Shown: piece by piece, positions 1 through 14,685 of the stretch | How positions within the stretch are numbered: position 1 is the first letter of the stretch | Layout: every line of letters starts with the position of its first letter | DNA from: Octopus bimaculoides | Lineage: Eukaryota | Length of the DNA: 64,000 bases | Assembly (NCBI RefSeq): GCF_001194135.2 | Contig: NC_068981.1 | Location: 154,147,297 to 154,211,296, forward strand | Direction: 5' to 3' | Translations under genes and position numbers: made by a program | Notes under the pieces: generated by a model | Seen by the model: the letters and a program-made list of their open reading frames with translations, nothing else | What the model was told of the DNA's origin: nothing | The model's database searches: none

Positions 1-1253
1 CTTTTTACTCTGATATAAGAAAGCAATTTCGTTATAACTGCCACAAAAGGTGTATTTTCCATCACAAAAATGTCCAAAAACCTTTCAGCTGGAGGAGGGA
101 GAGATTATTAAAGGTTGGTGAGAGAGGTTGGCGAGAGGCAAAGACATTATTCTGCTTAGTGAAGGCACCTGGGAAATGTATAACTGCTGTCATTCACAGA
201 AAAACTATTGTTATACCATGAGAAAAGCGCTGTGGAAGTGTTAAGTGAAATTTGGCAATCGAGGATTGAACCCACACTATCCCTGTATGAAGCCACTCCA
301 AATATGTTGTGGAATAAAAAATTTATCTACTGTCATGGAAAAAGTGTAACTGGAAAAAGGCAGAATTATCGGAGTAATGGGCATTCAAAAAAGTATGTAT
401 GTATAGAAATGTATGAATGAAGTTTTTAATGTTTAAGATTCAAATGAAGGAAGTGCAATAATAATGTTTAGCAGTTCAAAACTGTGAGTAGTGAAATACA
501 GAATTAGGTTGTAGCCTGTGCTGGTGACACGTATAAGGTATGTGTGCTAGTGACATGTAAAAGACCCCTGTGCTGGTGACACATAAAAGACACCAAGTAC
601 ACTCTGTAAAGTGATTGGCATTGGGAAGGGTATCCAATCATAGAAACTAAGTTAAAACAGATGACTGGAGTCTGGTGCAGCTCTCTGGCTTGCCAGCTCC
701 AGTCAAATTCCTAACTCATGCCAGCATAGAAAACGGACATTAAATGATGATGATGATGAAGATCATAATAATGATGAGTGTGAATAGGTCCACATTTTAA
801 GATGGTAATTTAGTTGTTATTTCTAGAAGCTCAAGTGATTTCTTACAAGCTCCTTTGTTGATCTGTAATTCTTGGTGTCTTCACCAAGAGAGCTATTTTA
901 TTAAAATTTACACTAGATTGTACAGAATGCTGCTTGCATGACCAGGTCTTTGCTCACACTATTTGTATTTCATGGAGTATGTATTCATTCCATTTCTAGC
1001 TACATGTGGACAACATGCTTTGTTTTTATTATTAAATCTATATAGTCAGAGATAATTAAAATCATTAAAGTGTAATGGTATTTGCACATGCACGTGTGTG
1101 TGTGTGTGTATGGAGACAAGGAGTAAAATTAGAAATAAATGATTAAAATTAGAAATAAATTAATTTTAGTTAAAGAAGAGCCAAAACAAAAATATAACTC
1201 AAGGAAATTATCTTTAAAATTAGATAAAAATGCTGACATTTGGAAAGCAGCCT

Positions 1254-1671
1254 AAAGCAGGAGTGGCTGTATGGCAAGTAGCTTGCTTACCAACCACATG
1301 GTTCTGGGTTCATTCCCACTGCGTGGCACCTTGGGCAAGTGTCTTCTACTATAGCCTCAGGCCAACCAAAGCCTTGTGAGTGGATTTGGTAGACGGAAAC
1401 TGAAAGAAGCCCGTCGTATATATGTATATATATATATGTGCATGTGTGTATATGTTTGTGTGTCTGTGTTTGTCCCCCGCAACATTGCTTCACAACCGAT
1501 GCTGGTGTGTTTACGTCCCCGTAACTTAGTGGTTCGGCACACAAGACCGAAAGAATAAGTACTAGGCTTACAAAGAATAAGTCCTGGGGTCGATTTGCTT
1601 GACTAAAGGTGGTGCTCCAGCATGGCCACAGTCAAATGACTGAAACAAGTAAAAGAGAGTAAAAGAGAGTA
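1254..1671 (+). mobile_element. SINE A, full length
   Basis: Colinear with 7660-8090. Confidence 0.9.
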
Positions 1672-1957
1672 AGTTCATGCTCATTTGTTCAGTTTTTTTT
1701 CCTGTACAAAATTATATACTTGATATGATTGTTTTAATCATTTAAGACTTCTTATTATTGTTGTTTGACTCTAAATCAGCCCTGATCAAATAGACCTATG
1801 ATCAAAAGGCATTCTCTCTGTGACCATACCATCTTTTTAGGGAAAATTTAGGACTAAATTATCTAAAGTGTGCTTCTTGTATTAAGATAGTCGCATATGA
1901 TTTAAGGGAGATCTAACTACTATTTCCAGCACATCAAATGCCACGTAAAAGCATGTA

Positions 1958-2082
<125 letters not shown>

Positions 2083-5029
2083 ATAAATTGATTAACTTTC
2101 ATGCTGGATTATCTCTACATTGTATTTTTTTTTTAATCATCTAGATATTTATATTATTCTGACATTTCTCTGTTCTGTGTTTTCTTGACACTTTGAAATG
2201 GTATTTCTCAAAATTCAGGATTTAGCTAACCTGTTAGTTTAGTATAATGTTTCTGGAACTGCTTTAATGTTATGTGCCTTTACAGAGTTGGAGAGTTGAT
2301 CAGTTTCCACAAAGCAGTTTGCCAGTTTTGTTGTCTGTTACATTTCTACACTGCATTCAGCTAGAGCTTCTTATTGCCTTCTTACTCACCTTTCAACACT
2401 TTGCTAAATATATTCTGTAACAGACGCATTTGTTATGAAAATTAGCTTCTTTCAAACAATGTTATAGATCTAGGCAGCTGTTTAGTGAGCTTTGGAGAAT
2501 ATTTCTTCCAACAGGTACTATAATGACTTGAGAATACTAGTTAAAAATAACTTGTGTTTCTATGAGTAATAAATTGTGCATATTTCTAATTGCAGTTACT
2601 TTGTCTATAAGTAAGCAAAACGAGGGCAGAAATTCTGTTGAAATCTTTGACGCAAATAAACAGATCATCTTCCTTATGGCTGTTTTGATTTTCAATAAAT
2701 TCTCTCTGCTGCTAACACCATCTTCAAAAACAGTGTCACTATGACCAAGTACAGAAAAAAAAAATATATATAAAAATAAAAGTAAGTTTAAAATAGTTGT
2801 TGGTGTAACCTGAATGTAAACGTATACTCTAGGTTTGATGGCATTTTGTAGGGTGGGAGTACACAAAGTGTTTTATAGAGGCTTAATATTACCGGTACAA
2901 TTGGTATAGTGCAGTGGTTCTCAACCTTTTTATTTTTAACTCAATACCCTTTCACAGATTGGCATTTCCCAGATGCCTTCTCACCATGTTTTGAAGAAGA
3001 AAAAAAGAAAAAAAAAAAAGAAGCCCAACAGCACAGATTTAAATCAATTTAGAAACCCAAAGCCAATTTTGCACAGAAGTTTATTATCTATGTTTTATTT
3101 TCAGTATTCTGTCCAGTATGTGCCTCCATTTAAAGTTTTGCATGGACCAGTTTTCCCTATGTTAAATTTGTTCAAAAATTATTAAAGAAAATGAGGACTT
3201 ATATAATGAAATTATATTTCACTTTGGTGCATCATCATCAGTCACTGATAACCCAATGTTGTATTCTCTATAGATTTATTTTTAACGCAAGTATTATATC
3301 TGGTTTAGATATTTTATAATGAAAATCATAACCCCTCTAAACATCCAGTGCCCACTTCTCCTATACAGTGTCTACTTGTCCCCCTTGACATTTGTTACTC
3401 TCTTCTGAGATCACAGTACCTCCAAGTGGTGTACTGGCAGAAGCGTTAACATGCTGGGAAAAATGCTTAGGGCATTTTGTTTGTCTTTACGTTCTAAGTT
3501 CCAGTTCTACTGAGGCCAACTTTGCCTTTCATCCTTTCAAGTTTGATAAAATAAGTGCTTGTTCTGCACTGGTGTTGATGTAATCAACTAGACCCAAGCC
3601 CCAAAATTTCAGGCCTTGTACCTATAGTAGAAAGTAGAAAGAATTATTACCTATGATAAGAATCACTGGTACAGGAGGAAACTGTAGGAATTTGACATAT
3701 GGTTCATACATTTATAAGTCATTGTGTCCTTGAACAAAGATATCATCTCTTAAAGTCTATTTGATTAAGGTTGGAAAACAATCTTATTGAAAGTTAATGC
3801 ACACTAGTGTAATGTATTACCCCAATGAAAAAGACTCTTCCATTCAACTTAATCTCTTAAAAAATCTAAGATAAATATCAGTTCTGTGAGTTGAAATTTA
3901 ATTTTCCACCATAGGTGACATTTTATTACAAAAATTAATTTGTTGTGTCATTGCTGTTCTCTCCTACCGGTTTTGGTGGATGACTGTGTTCACATACAAA
4001 GCTTTGATACTTGTGTATCATTATTTGACATACATAACAACAGACAAAATCACCAATCTTCGTTATGTATATTGTGATATCTTGGCATGGGTTTCTGTTT
4101 TGTTGATGGATGCCTTTCCTATTGTTAGTCACTTTACAACATGGAATGCATGCATTTTATCATGCCATCAGCACTAGAGAAGCTACCTGCTAGTATTAAA
4201 GAGTCTCCACTACCACATATCAGTTAAATCTATTGTTAGCATTCAGGTCAGGTCTCCAGTCAGAGTTTAGCTCCTCCGTCCATCCCACCAGTCTCACAGG
4301 CCCTGACTGACTCACAAAGGAAAAATAAATAAATAACAGATGCAAATGAAGGGAAATATGTACAGGTTATTGTTTTACAGTGATTAAAGTTATTTCTTAT
4401 TTTCTAGCAAGGCCAAGGCTTGAAGTCAACCCTGGGCAAAGAATTCTGTTGATGTCTTTCATTTAATTCCCAGCAAAAATGTTTGAATTGCTCATATTTA
4501 TGAAGGATCCTTCCATACAGGGTCCCTAGGACATTGCTTTATGTGATTTTGTTTAAACCTGATTATTTATCTCTAATTCATATTGATATTTTAGATCAAA
4601 AATAAGAAAAAAATGTTCTAAGTTAATGAGCTAACTATAAGTTTATCACCCGGTCTGCTAGAATTTGCAACCAAAACTCTTTCAGCTTATTCCTCACCAT
4701 CATTAAAGGAAAAAAATGTATATTGTAAAATTTAATCTGAAATACAACATACCAGTTAAAAAAATAGGTTATTCATGGTTTAAATGCTGAGCCAACAATA
4801 GAATGTTGACAGAAAAATGCATAAATGCAAATCAACATTGAACAAGGGTGGGGAGGAAAAATTTGAAGGTGATTAATCAGCAATAAACAGGTAATAAGTA
4901 TGTCAAAAAAAAAGAACACTTCAGCACACACACACGGAAAAAACCCCAAAAAAAACATTCTTAATCATAACTTTAATCACAACAAAGTATAACATAAAAG
5001 ACTGTAGGTGTTTTTTTTTTTTACTATCA

Positions 5030-5290
5030 AGAAGAACAAATATAGATGGGCTGGCTACATTGCGCAACTGAAGGACAACAAATGGCTGTCCACATTGTTT
5101 GACTTAAAGATTACGGACTACAGATGGACAATCAATGTGATAGAATGGACACCAAGACAATGGAGAAGAGCAAGAGACTGACCAAAGACATGGCGAGATG
5201 TTGTCACCTGCTAACTGAGGACTACATAGCCACGACTGGCTAGAGACAGGCAGTGGTGGAAGGAGTTCCTTCTTCAAGAATGATGAAGCC
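5030..5290 (+). mobile_element. RTE-type LINE C-terminal remnant (second family)
   Basis: KYRWAGYIAQLKDNKW...VIEWTPRQWRRARD*PKTWRD...LARDRQWWKE matches the RTE C-terminal pattern. Confidence 0.7.
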
Positions 5291-6529
5291 CTGAATATTG
5301 GATATTAGAGTCTGGAGGAATGGGCAGAACTCATGACGCTTGCAGGCCCTCTGGGACTGGTAAGATCGATTCCAGGGAAAGATATGAGTAGAGAGAAGAT
5401 TCCAGAAGACCAATGTTCTGGAAATTAAAGATTAGGAACAGTGGTTGGTGCAGGAAGTACCCCTGTTGCATTTCTGTTAATATCTGGAGCTTCAACAATG
5501 AACTTGTTGCACATAATATAATGATAACAGCAAAAATACCAACTTTATAAAATACAAACATGATTTTCCAGATTTTCCTCTGTTTCACTGTTTCACTTGC
5601 CATCTTCATCATCACATCATCATTGTCACCACCACTGCCACCACCACCACCACCACCACCACCACTATCATCATCGTCATCATCATCACCACAGTGCTAA
5701 CATCAATGAATAAGTCAATGATGGAGCCTCTATGCAGTTGCTTGGTTTGCTAGAAATCATCCTTGAATCACATCCTACATTCATACAAAAGAAAGGAAGG
5801 ATATATTGAACAATGTAGTTTTTGATATGCAAAATAGTAGATGACCAGAGATGATCAAGCGGGGAAATAACAACAACAAGCACTTTCAAAATTACTTGTG
5901 GAACCACTTTGACCAGTAAACAGATACACTGATGCCAGAATTCAATAACACGACAAATACTGCAATACATAATACAGTTCAAAAAAATTACTGTAGAAAC
6001 ATCATCTCATTACCCCCAGAACTTACACCACAAAGCAATATAAAGAAACTGAACAAGGAAATAACAATGAAAAACCATAGAAAAATAGAAAACTGGTAAT
6101 TTTATTGTGTCTAAGCCAAGAAAACAGTACACTTTAGAGAAAGTAATTAGCAGCATCAATAACTAACAATGACCACACTTGCTTAATTAATATGTGACAA
6201 TAATTTTAAGTTATGCAACAACCATGCTCAGCTCCAGTTAGAGATGATGTCACTCATTGTATTTATCAGGGAGGTCATCACTATTTAAAGAAAAAAAAGT
6301 GACATAAGCATGGCTGCCTATAGGTGCAGCTGTGTGGTTAAGAAGCCTACTTTACAACCATGTGGTTTCAAGTTCAATCCCATTGTGCAACACCTTGGGC
6401 AAGTGTCTTCTGTTACAACTCTGAGCTAACCAATGCTTTATTAGAGGATTTGGTAGACAGAAAGTATGTGGAAGCCTGTTGTGTGTGTGTGTGTGTGTGT
6501 GTGTGCTTGTGCGCATGTGTGTGTGTGTG

Positions 6530-6602
<73 letters not shown>

Positions 6603-6609
6603 ACTCTGA

Positions 6610-6981
6610 AAGAAGTAAAGAGCACCGCCTTTAGTTGAGCAAATCAACCCCAAGACTTATTCTTTGTAAGCCTAGTACTTATTCTATTGGTCTCTTTTGC
6701 CGAACCGCTAAGTTATGGGGATGTAAACACACCACCATCGGTTGTCAAGCGATGTTGGTGGGGACAAACACAGACACACAAACATATACACACACATACA
6801 TATATATATACATATATATGACAAGCTTCTTTCAGTTTCCGTCTACCAAATCCACTCACAAGGCTTTGGTTGGCCTGAGGCTATAGTAGAAGACACTTGC
6901 CCAAGATACCACGCAGTGGGACTGAACCCGGAACCATGTTGTTGGTAAGCAAGCTACTTACCACACAGCCACTCCAGCGCC
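6610..6981 (-). mobile_element. SINE A, near full length
   Basis: Reverse complement of family A; a plus-strand 5' half lies at ~6322-6530. Confidence 0.9.
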
Positions 6982-7238
6982 TATATATATTGTTGTACTT
7001 GGGGATGGTCATGTTGCCAGTTTAGATAGATAGATAGATAGATAGATATCATCATTTAATGTCTGTTCTCCATGTTGGCATACATTTGGATAGTTTGATG
7101 GGGTCTGGTGTGTGCAGGGGCTGCATTAGGCTTCATTGTCTATTTTGGCATGGTTTCTATGGCTGAATGCCCTTCCTAACACCACCACTTTACAGAGTGT
7201 ACTGGATGCCTTTTACAACCACTAGTGCATATACATCT

Positions 7239-7273
<35 letters not shown>

Positions 7274-7659
7274 TGTGTATGCATTTCTGTTTGTCCCTCA
7301 TTACTGCTTGACAATCAGTGTTAGTTTGTTTGCATCCCCATAACTTAATAGTTCAGCACTAGAGATTGATAGAGTTATCCAGACTTAAAAAATATGTACT
7401 GGGGTTAATGTATTCAATTGTACTCCTCAAGGCAATGCCCCAGCATGGCCACAATCCAGTGACTGAAACAAGTATTTGATAAAAGAAATAAGAATTACGG
7501 TAAACACAATTTTATATTGCAAGTGGCAGGTACAGGTGGATATGTGTATATATGAGTGACAGTGAGTTGTCTAATATAAATATCAATGGAAACAGCCTTC
7601 TGCATTCATTGAATTTTGTAGTAATTGATAATACTATGATATTTTTACGTATATTATAA

Positions 7660-7824
7660 GGCGCAGGAGTGGCTGTGTGGTAAGTAGCTTGCTTACCAAC
7701 CACATGGTTCCGGGTTCAGTCTCACTGCGTGGCACCTTGGGCAAGTGTCTTCTACTATAGCCTCGGGCCGACCAAAGCCTTGTGAGTGGATTTGGTAGAC
7801 GGAAACTGAAAGAAGCCTGTCGTA

Positions 7825-7881
<57 letters not shown>

Positions 7882-8090
7882 TGGTGTGTCTGTGTTTGTC
7901 CCCCCACCATCGCTTGACAACCAATGCTGGTGTGTTTACGTCCCCGTAATTTAGCGGTTCGGCAAAAAGAGATCGATAAAATAAGTACTAGGCTTACAAA
8001 GAATAAGTCCTGGAGTCGATTTTCTCGACTAAAGGCGGTGCTCCAGCATGGCCGCAGACTGAAACAAGTAAAGAGAAAGAGAAAGAGATA
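7660..8090 (+). mobile_element. tRNA-derived SINE family A, full length
   Basis: Head ggcgcaggagtggctgtgtggtaag (A box) and ggttccgggttcagtc (B box-like), internal (TA)n(TG)n tract, tail gactgaaacaagtaaaagag. Confidence 0.9.
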
Positions 8091-8289
8091 TTACTTAAGA
8101 GTCTGATATTCATGACAATTGTCACACAGTAACAGCAAGCAAATTCAATCATTGAATACCTTTTCAAAGTCACTTTCCTTATAAAGTGACAGAGGGATAG
8201 AGAGGGAGTAGGGAGAAAGAGAGGGGGTGAGACAGGTGAGAGAGAGGCATGTGTGTATGTGAGAGAGAGAGAGAGAGAATACAATGTAT

Positions 8290-9250
8290 CTTTTACTCAG
8301 ACCATAATCTTGGATCTTTCCTTTTACCAGTATCAGAGAAAGCAATAGAAAATTCCAAAAATGTAAAAGCCCCCGACTTCAGAAAAATTGCAGTCATACA
8401 CTTAGGCCTGCCAGCTACTCATACTGCTATTGAATATCTCCAGAATCTTAAAAAGTGGGTATAATTCTAGGAAGGTTGCGATGCAAACAGTAGCACAGAA
8501 AGTGGCGGCCAAGAGGAATCCAGGAGTCATGGCCTGAATACAGCCCAGCACACTTAGGATGCAAGGAATTAAGGGCTTGCATGGGTAGGGCTTCTTCTCT
8601 GAAGACCTTCTGCTGTTCACTTCTCTTTAGAGTTTCTTACTACCTAACAATTCATGAACTTAACATAGACCAAACTAAATCAGCACTTCACAGGCCTGTC
8701 GCCATCTCTTCTACGTCTAAATTCCTTAGATAACACATCCTTAACATTGTCAAGTCATATGTTTCTTTTTTTATCTCTCAGTATGAATTCACACTACTAT
8801 ACTCAACTATCACATTACTCATAACCTCACACAAAGAATACATGATCTATTGATCCCATATGTGAACTAGTTTAACTACCATTACCATCAGCATCAATGA
8901 CTCCATTCCCCACCTCCTGGAATAACAATACAAAACATGATGACTGAACTGTTTCTCAGGTCACCAAGTCTATATAGAACACATAATAACACTTTTAATC
9001 TAAAATCTGTATTTTCAGAACAGAATATCACTCATTCTTTCTAGATTCTACCTACAAAATCTTTATATGTCCTTCCTCTACCCACAAAACGTTTACACAG
9101 CCTCATGTGCAATTGACATTACTATTGCCTTTGAATTCACACATCATTTTTTTAGACATAGCTGCACAACTACACAACTACTCCAACCGCAAATTAACCA
9201 CACAGACATCTGGCTCCAAACAAATGGACTAAAATTAGCAACTACCAAAT
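8290..9250 (+). mobile_element. Jockey/I-like LINE RT remnant
   Basis: Decayed AIENSKNVKAP...HLGLP..AIEYL, HRPVAISSTSKFL, SQYEF and YKIFICP motifs in RT order. Confidence 0.45.
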
Positions 9251-9372
9251 TCGTGATCTCTTTCTTATTACCAACAAAACCAGAAAAAGAACAAAGAAGT
9301 AAAAAATAACCCAACCAATCAGCATATCAAATAACATAAACACTGCACACACATGCGTGCGCCTGCTCACTT

Positions 9373-9420
<48 letters not shown>

Positions 9421-10019
9421 GATAAAAGGTACCAGAAACTTTCTATTATGTTCATAGCATACATAGAAAACACAGTAAAGAAAGCAAAAATGATGTGAAC
9501 ACTTAGAAGTACATGTTTTCGAACACAATGACACAATAGTACAAGTGTATACATCTGAAGTAATGGATCTCTGAATCCATATGTCTGTTTGATGAAAGAT
9601 CACATCAACAATCATATATATATATGATAAAATGATCCATTCTGATATTGGTTTCTTTTGATAAGGCATAAAGCTAATGTTGAACAGGAAATCATAAAAG
9701 TATATCAACCTGATCAAATTTATCAAAGTTATTCATCTGCGAACAAGCAAAGAACTAAATGACATTGTGAAATGTATAAAAATTGTTGACATGTAATTGG
9801 GCTGGACACAAGCAAAGGATGAATGGCAACAAATGAATTCTAAAAGATTGCAAAAGAAAGAGTAGTATAACAATAAACATGATAATGGAATGAATTTGAT
9901 GAATTTCATAGAAATTGGGTATCAGAAACTCTAAATGTTATAGAGAGGCCCTTTATGTAGCAGTGAGAAAGCCATAGCTGATTCAATTGATGTTATCATT
10001 TTATTTTATTTTTTTTGGT

Positions 10020-10500
10020 GATATGTATGGGTGAGGACAGCTGTGTAAAGAAGTGCTGATCTGTAATTTTGAAGGCAACCTGTGGAAGAGGTAGACCCAG
10101 AAAGACCTGGGATGGAGTAGTGAAATATGGTCCTTGGTAGTTGAGTCTCATAGAGGCAATGACAAGCTCAGAGTCTCCTGGCAATTTGCTATGATTGCTT
10201 GTCAAGCCAAGTGAAATTGTGATTGTAGCCAGTGCTGATGACAGGTAAAAGACACCTATGCTGATGACACATAAAAAGCACCCATACTGGTGACATGTAA
10301 AAGGCACCTGTGCCAGTGACACATAAATGATACTCGGTGTACTTTCTCGAGTGGTTGGCATTAAGAAGTGCATTCATTTGTAGAAACCAAGCCCAAACAG
10401 ACTGGACTCTGGTGCGGCTCTTTGGTTTACCAGCTCTAGCTAAACAGACTAACCCATGCCAGCATGGAAAAACGGATGTCAACTGATGATGATGATGAAA
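10020..10500 (+). mobile_element. Degenerate copy of the same RTE 3' end
   Basis: ggaagaggtagacccagaaagacctggg (GRGRPRKTW), repeated taaaagcacc-like units, (GAT)n tail. Confidence 0.8.
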
Positions 10501-13500
10501 TAGTTGATACATGTTTTAATGGATGAATGCACAGTTAAGTTAAGTTCACTTCACAATCATGAGGTCTCTGGTTCAATCATACTGCATGACATCTTGGTCA
10601 AGTGCCTTTCACCATAGCCTTGGGTCAATCCAAACCTTGGAACAGAAATTGGGCAGGTGGAGGCTGGTATGATGGTTTGTACCTTTAATTTTAATTGTCA
10701 GTATTATCACACACTGGTCATACTGATTCTGCCTTAGGATTATATTAACAATACAAATGTCTGTGGAATACTCAGCCACTTATACCATGATTAAACGAGC
10801 AGGCTGTTCTATTGAGTGAACAACTGTAATACTCATCATTCAAACTAATTGGCATCCAATTAGTGTGTTTGCATTTATATTTGTTCCCCTGACCCTTCCC
10901 CACCATGTAACAACTGGTGTAGGTTTATTTTACTTCTCTTTTACTTAGTGGTTCAGCAAAAGGGGTTAACAGAATAAGTTCTAGTTTTGAAAAAAAAGTA
11001 CTGGGTTCGATTTGTTTGACTAAGTCCTTCAAGGCAATAACCCAGCACGGCTGCAGTTCAAGGTGAGATAAACGATGTTTCAGTAAGCTTGTTTTAAATT
11101 TATTTTACATATTGTTTTCAAAGTTTGGCACAAGGCCAGCAGTTTCAGAGATGATAATAGGTGATAAGTCAATTACATTGACCCCAGCATTCAACTGGTA
11201 CTTATTTTATCGATCCTGAAAGGAGATGAAAGGCAAAGTTGACCCAGTGGAATTTGAACTCAGAACATAAAGACAGATGAAATGCTGCTTAGCATTTTAT
11301 CTGGCATGCTAATGATCCTGCCGGCTTGCTGCCTTAAGTTTATTTTACATATTGATAATGATACCCCCAAGTTTATTTCAACATATGAGCATCCAGTTGC
11401 TTGATTAACTGGACAACTTACGCATTGATTTTAAGGCATGTGAAGTAACTGAGTATTTTGCAGTTACCCACTTTGTAAATCTCTGGTAGAAACTGGCGTA
11501 TGTATGACAAGGCATGATAGTTTAGCTGATCGACTTCTATAGAATTTCCATCTGTTCAAAATTCAATCACTTTGGGTCAGGTTGATTGTATGGTCAGTAC
11601 ACTTGCTCAAAATGCTATATAGTGGGGTCAAAGCCAGGACTTCATTGTTGCAAAGCAAACTTGGCAATAATGTTTGCATCCACATCTTAACATATTTATG
11701 CATTGCGTAGATGCATATTATAACTTTCATATGACATAATCATTAATCTTTACTCAGATTGTTTGCATAAGTTATACCAATTTTTAATTTTAGCAGTATT
11801 ATTTTACTTTTGTTGTTTAGCCCCCTACTCAGCTTAGATCAGGGAGACCTGTGATCAAAGGCATTTCAGGTATGACTATGCTGTCTTTTTTCACGTGTGG
11901 TGCACACAGTAGCTTTCTTTCTGTTATCTAATGTATGTTTCTTTTTTAAGACTAACATTACAGTGAACACATATAGACTCCTTTCTTAGCTCTTATTGAT
12001 GTACTCTTTAAAGCACAGGTGTTATTCTTATCAGTTTGCACACACACTTACACACATCTCTCTCTTTCTCTCTCTCTGTTTCATAGAGGATTGTTGACAG
12101 ATACCTACACCTTGCTATATAAAGTCTAATAGATTTTGTAACATAAATTTGTACAGCTATTATCACTGTAGCTTATCTCATCTTTGTTTAACAATTGCTT
12201 TATTGATTAAATATAGACTTATGCATGAGTTAAGTAGAACTAGAAAAGTGAAAATGATGATCTCATGACAGATCCACAAATAAATTGCAGTACATTGTCC
12301 CATCTATCTAGATTTTAATTTCAGTTCCTGCTGGGTTTCGTTTGAGATTGATAAAGATATCATCTCTATACAGGGAGTTGATGCAATCAAATATACCACC
12401 TACCCACTCCTTTACAAATTCATGACCTTATATCTAAGTCAGAAATCATAACCATATTTGCTTATCAATGTAACTTTTTCCACATGACCACCAACACAAC
12501 AATTAACATAATAAAAGGGGGAAATTACATTAGATAATATGGTCTTGAATGAGATGATCATAGCTCAAGTGCCTTCAATCACATCTGCTTGATCCAAGCT
12601 TACCTAAGGTTAGTTCGCAACACCAATACCGTAGAAGCAATAGTTACAATATAGAACCAAATAGTTACCCTTGCTCCTATAGGCACAAGGCCTGAAATTT
12701 TGGGGGACGGTGTAAGCTGATTACATCGACCCTGGTGTTCAACTGGTACTTATTTTATTGACCCTAAAAGAATGAAAGGCAAAGTGATCCTCGGTAAAAT
12801 TTGAAATCTGAATGTAAAGCTAGAAGAAATGCTATTAAGCATTTTGTTTAGTGTACTAACAATTCTGCCTGCTCACTACCTAGAACTAACTAATAATGTC
12901 TTTTGAAGAAGCAAAACATTCTTCTTTTTCATGTGATACACCTACAGGTATTTGCTATCATAAACTTCCACCCTTTTCTGTCCTACATACAACTTTGTAT
13001 GTTATTAGTTTGGTGTATCTGTATCCAGCTGGTAAGGCCATCGAGTATCTTCTTTCTCAGTCTTTCCTGGTTTCTTCATCATTTCAGTTTTCTGTTTGTC
13101 ATTAAGTGCTCTAGGTATTTTCTTTTCATATGATGTCCAATGGACATGACCTTGTTATGTCTCCTTATGTTATCAAGAAGTTTTCTGATGGTCTCTGCTC
13201 AACAAAGGACTTTGTCATTTGGCACTTTATCTACATAATACACCTTCAGTAGTCATTTAAGGAAAAACATCTCTGCTGCATTAACAACAACCACTATATC
13301 CACCACTACTACCACCTCACCCTCCTCCTCGTCATCACCATCATACAACATCTTGCTTAGTTCACCATTTTCCCTTGCGTATGCAAATGATATTTAAGAG
13401 TCATCAAGCAAACCTCAACATGGTGGTCTGACTGCTAGAAATAGCAAGCAAATCTCACTCAGATCATGCCATAACCATCTTAATAAGAACATATTGGGTA

Positions 13501-14311
13501 CACTATATCTAAAAAATTGGATGGTCATTGATGGAACACAGTTGGAACAGTGCTGGCTGGTTGTTTATCTCCAGATGTGTCTTGATTTAGCAGACCTATG
13601 ATCAATAACATTCCAGCTATGACCATCCCCTGTCTTTTTTTATAGGTACAGTGCAGTTTGGACTCACTTTACTCAATGTGTCTTCTTTAAAGCTAGTAAA
13701 GTTGAGAGAGATTTTGCTTTAAGCTAGTAAGGTTGAAAGAGTTTTTGTAACCACACAGAAGCTCCAGTATTGGCTCATAGGGGTACTGTAGATTATAGTG
13801 CTGGGTTCAGTTCTTAACTTCAGCTCATTTGAGTCATTCTCGGCCTTTGAAGAACCAACAGTAAGCCACATTTAATTAGAGATATCATGAATTCTTAGTG
13901 GCAAACTGCATACAAAACTGGAAAGGCTACAGAGAGGAGTGTGAAATGAAAGATAGAGTGGGAGATAGAAAAAAATAAGGTGTGCGTCATATCCAGTACG
14001 TATGTTTGCTTTGCATTGTTGCATATAATTATTTCATATATTTTTTTTGACATCACAAATGCAGTAATGTCATACTCATTACTCAAACTGAACTAAATGC
14101 TACCAAAACAAAAAGAAATGGTTGAATGAGATCAAAGGATATGCAGCAGCTAATTCTCATAACTCAACAATTTCATTTTGTCTTCTGCAAATACTCTATG
14201 ATATGTTTCCATTAATATTTTGATATATTTTCTGTCTCCATGTTATAACTTGACCTTCAATAATTTCTTGTGCACATTGTTTCTTTCATCTCCCATAGGC
14301 ACTTGTTATAT

Positions 14312-14363
<52 letters not shown>

Positions 14364-14415
14364 TGTGTTCTGTTACTATCTCCTCTCCTAAGTATCACCC
14401 ACCAACAATTTAGAC

Positions 14416-14685
14416 AAGTGGTTCTCAACTGGGATCCATGTGGCCCCTGACTGTCCATATAAGATTTTGGGGGGGTCCATGTAACAAAATAGTAATTGAG
14501 GATTCATAGTAATATTTTAAGGGCTCTTGAAATAATTTTGCTTTATATGCATGTATTGGTATGTATTACAAGAAACAGCTAGGTTTCTTTCTCTAATATT
14601 TTACATAGTTCAGTCTACACAAGTTAATGTGTGAATAAATAGTAACCAAAGAAGTCCATAGGTAAAAAATGGTTGAGAACTCCTG
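14416..14685. mobile_element. hAT (Charlie-like) MITE
   Basis: Imperfect TIRs aagtggttctcaact/ggttgagaactcctg; perfect 8-bp TSD atttagac (14408-14415, 14686-14693). Lone TIR-like ends also at ~2912, 32186, 34351 and 35994. Confidence 0.85.

Noticed and set aside
12604-12676. Minus-strand TM-like exon candidate (ARVTIWFYIVTIASTVLVLRTNL)
   Set aside because: The acceptor comes from a SINE C tail and the donor from a family D repeat; likely chance.
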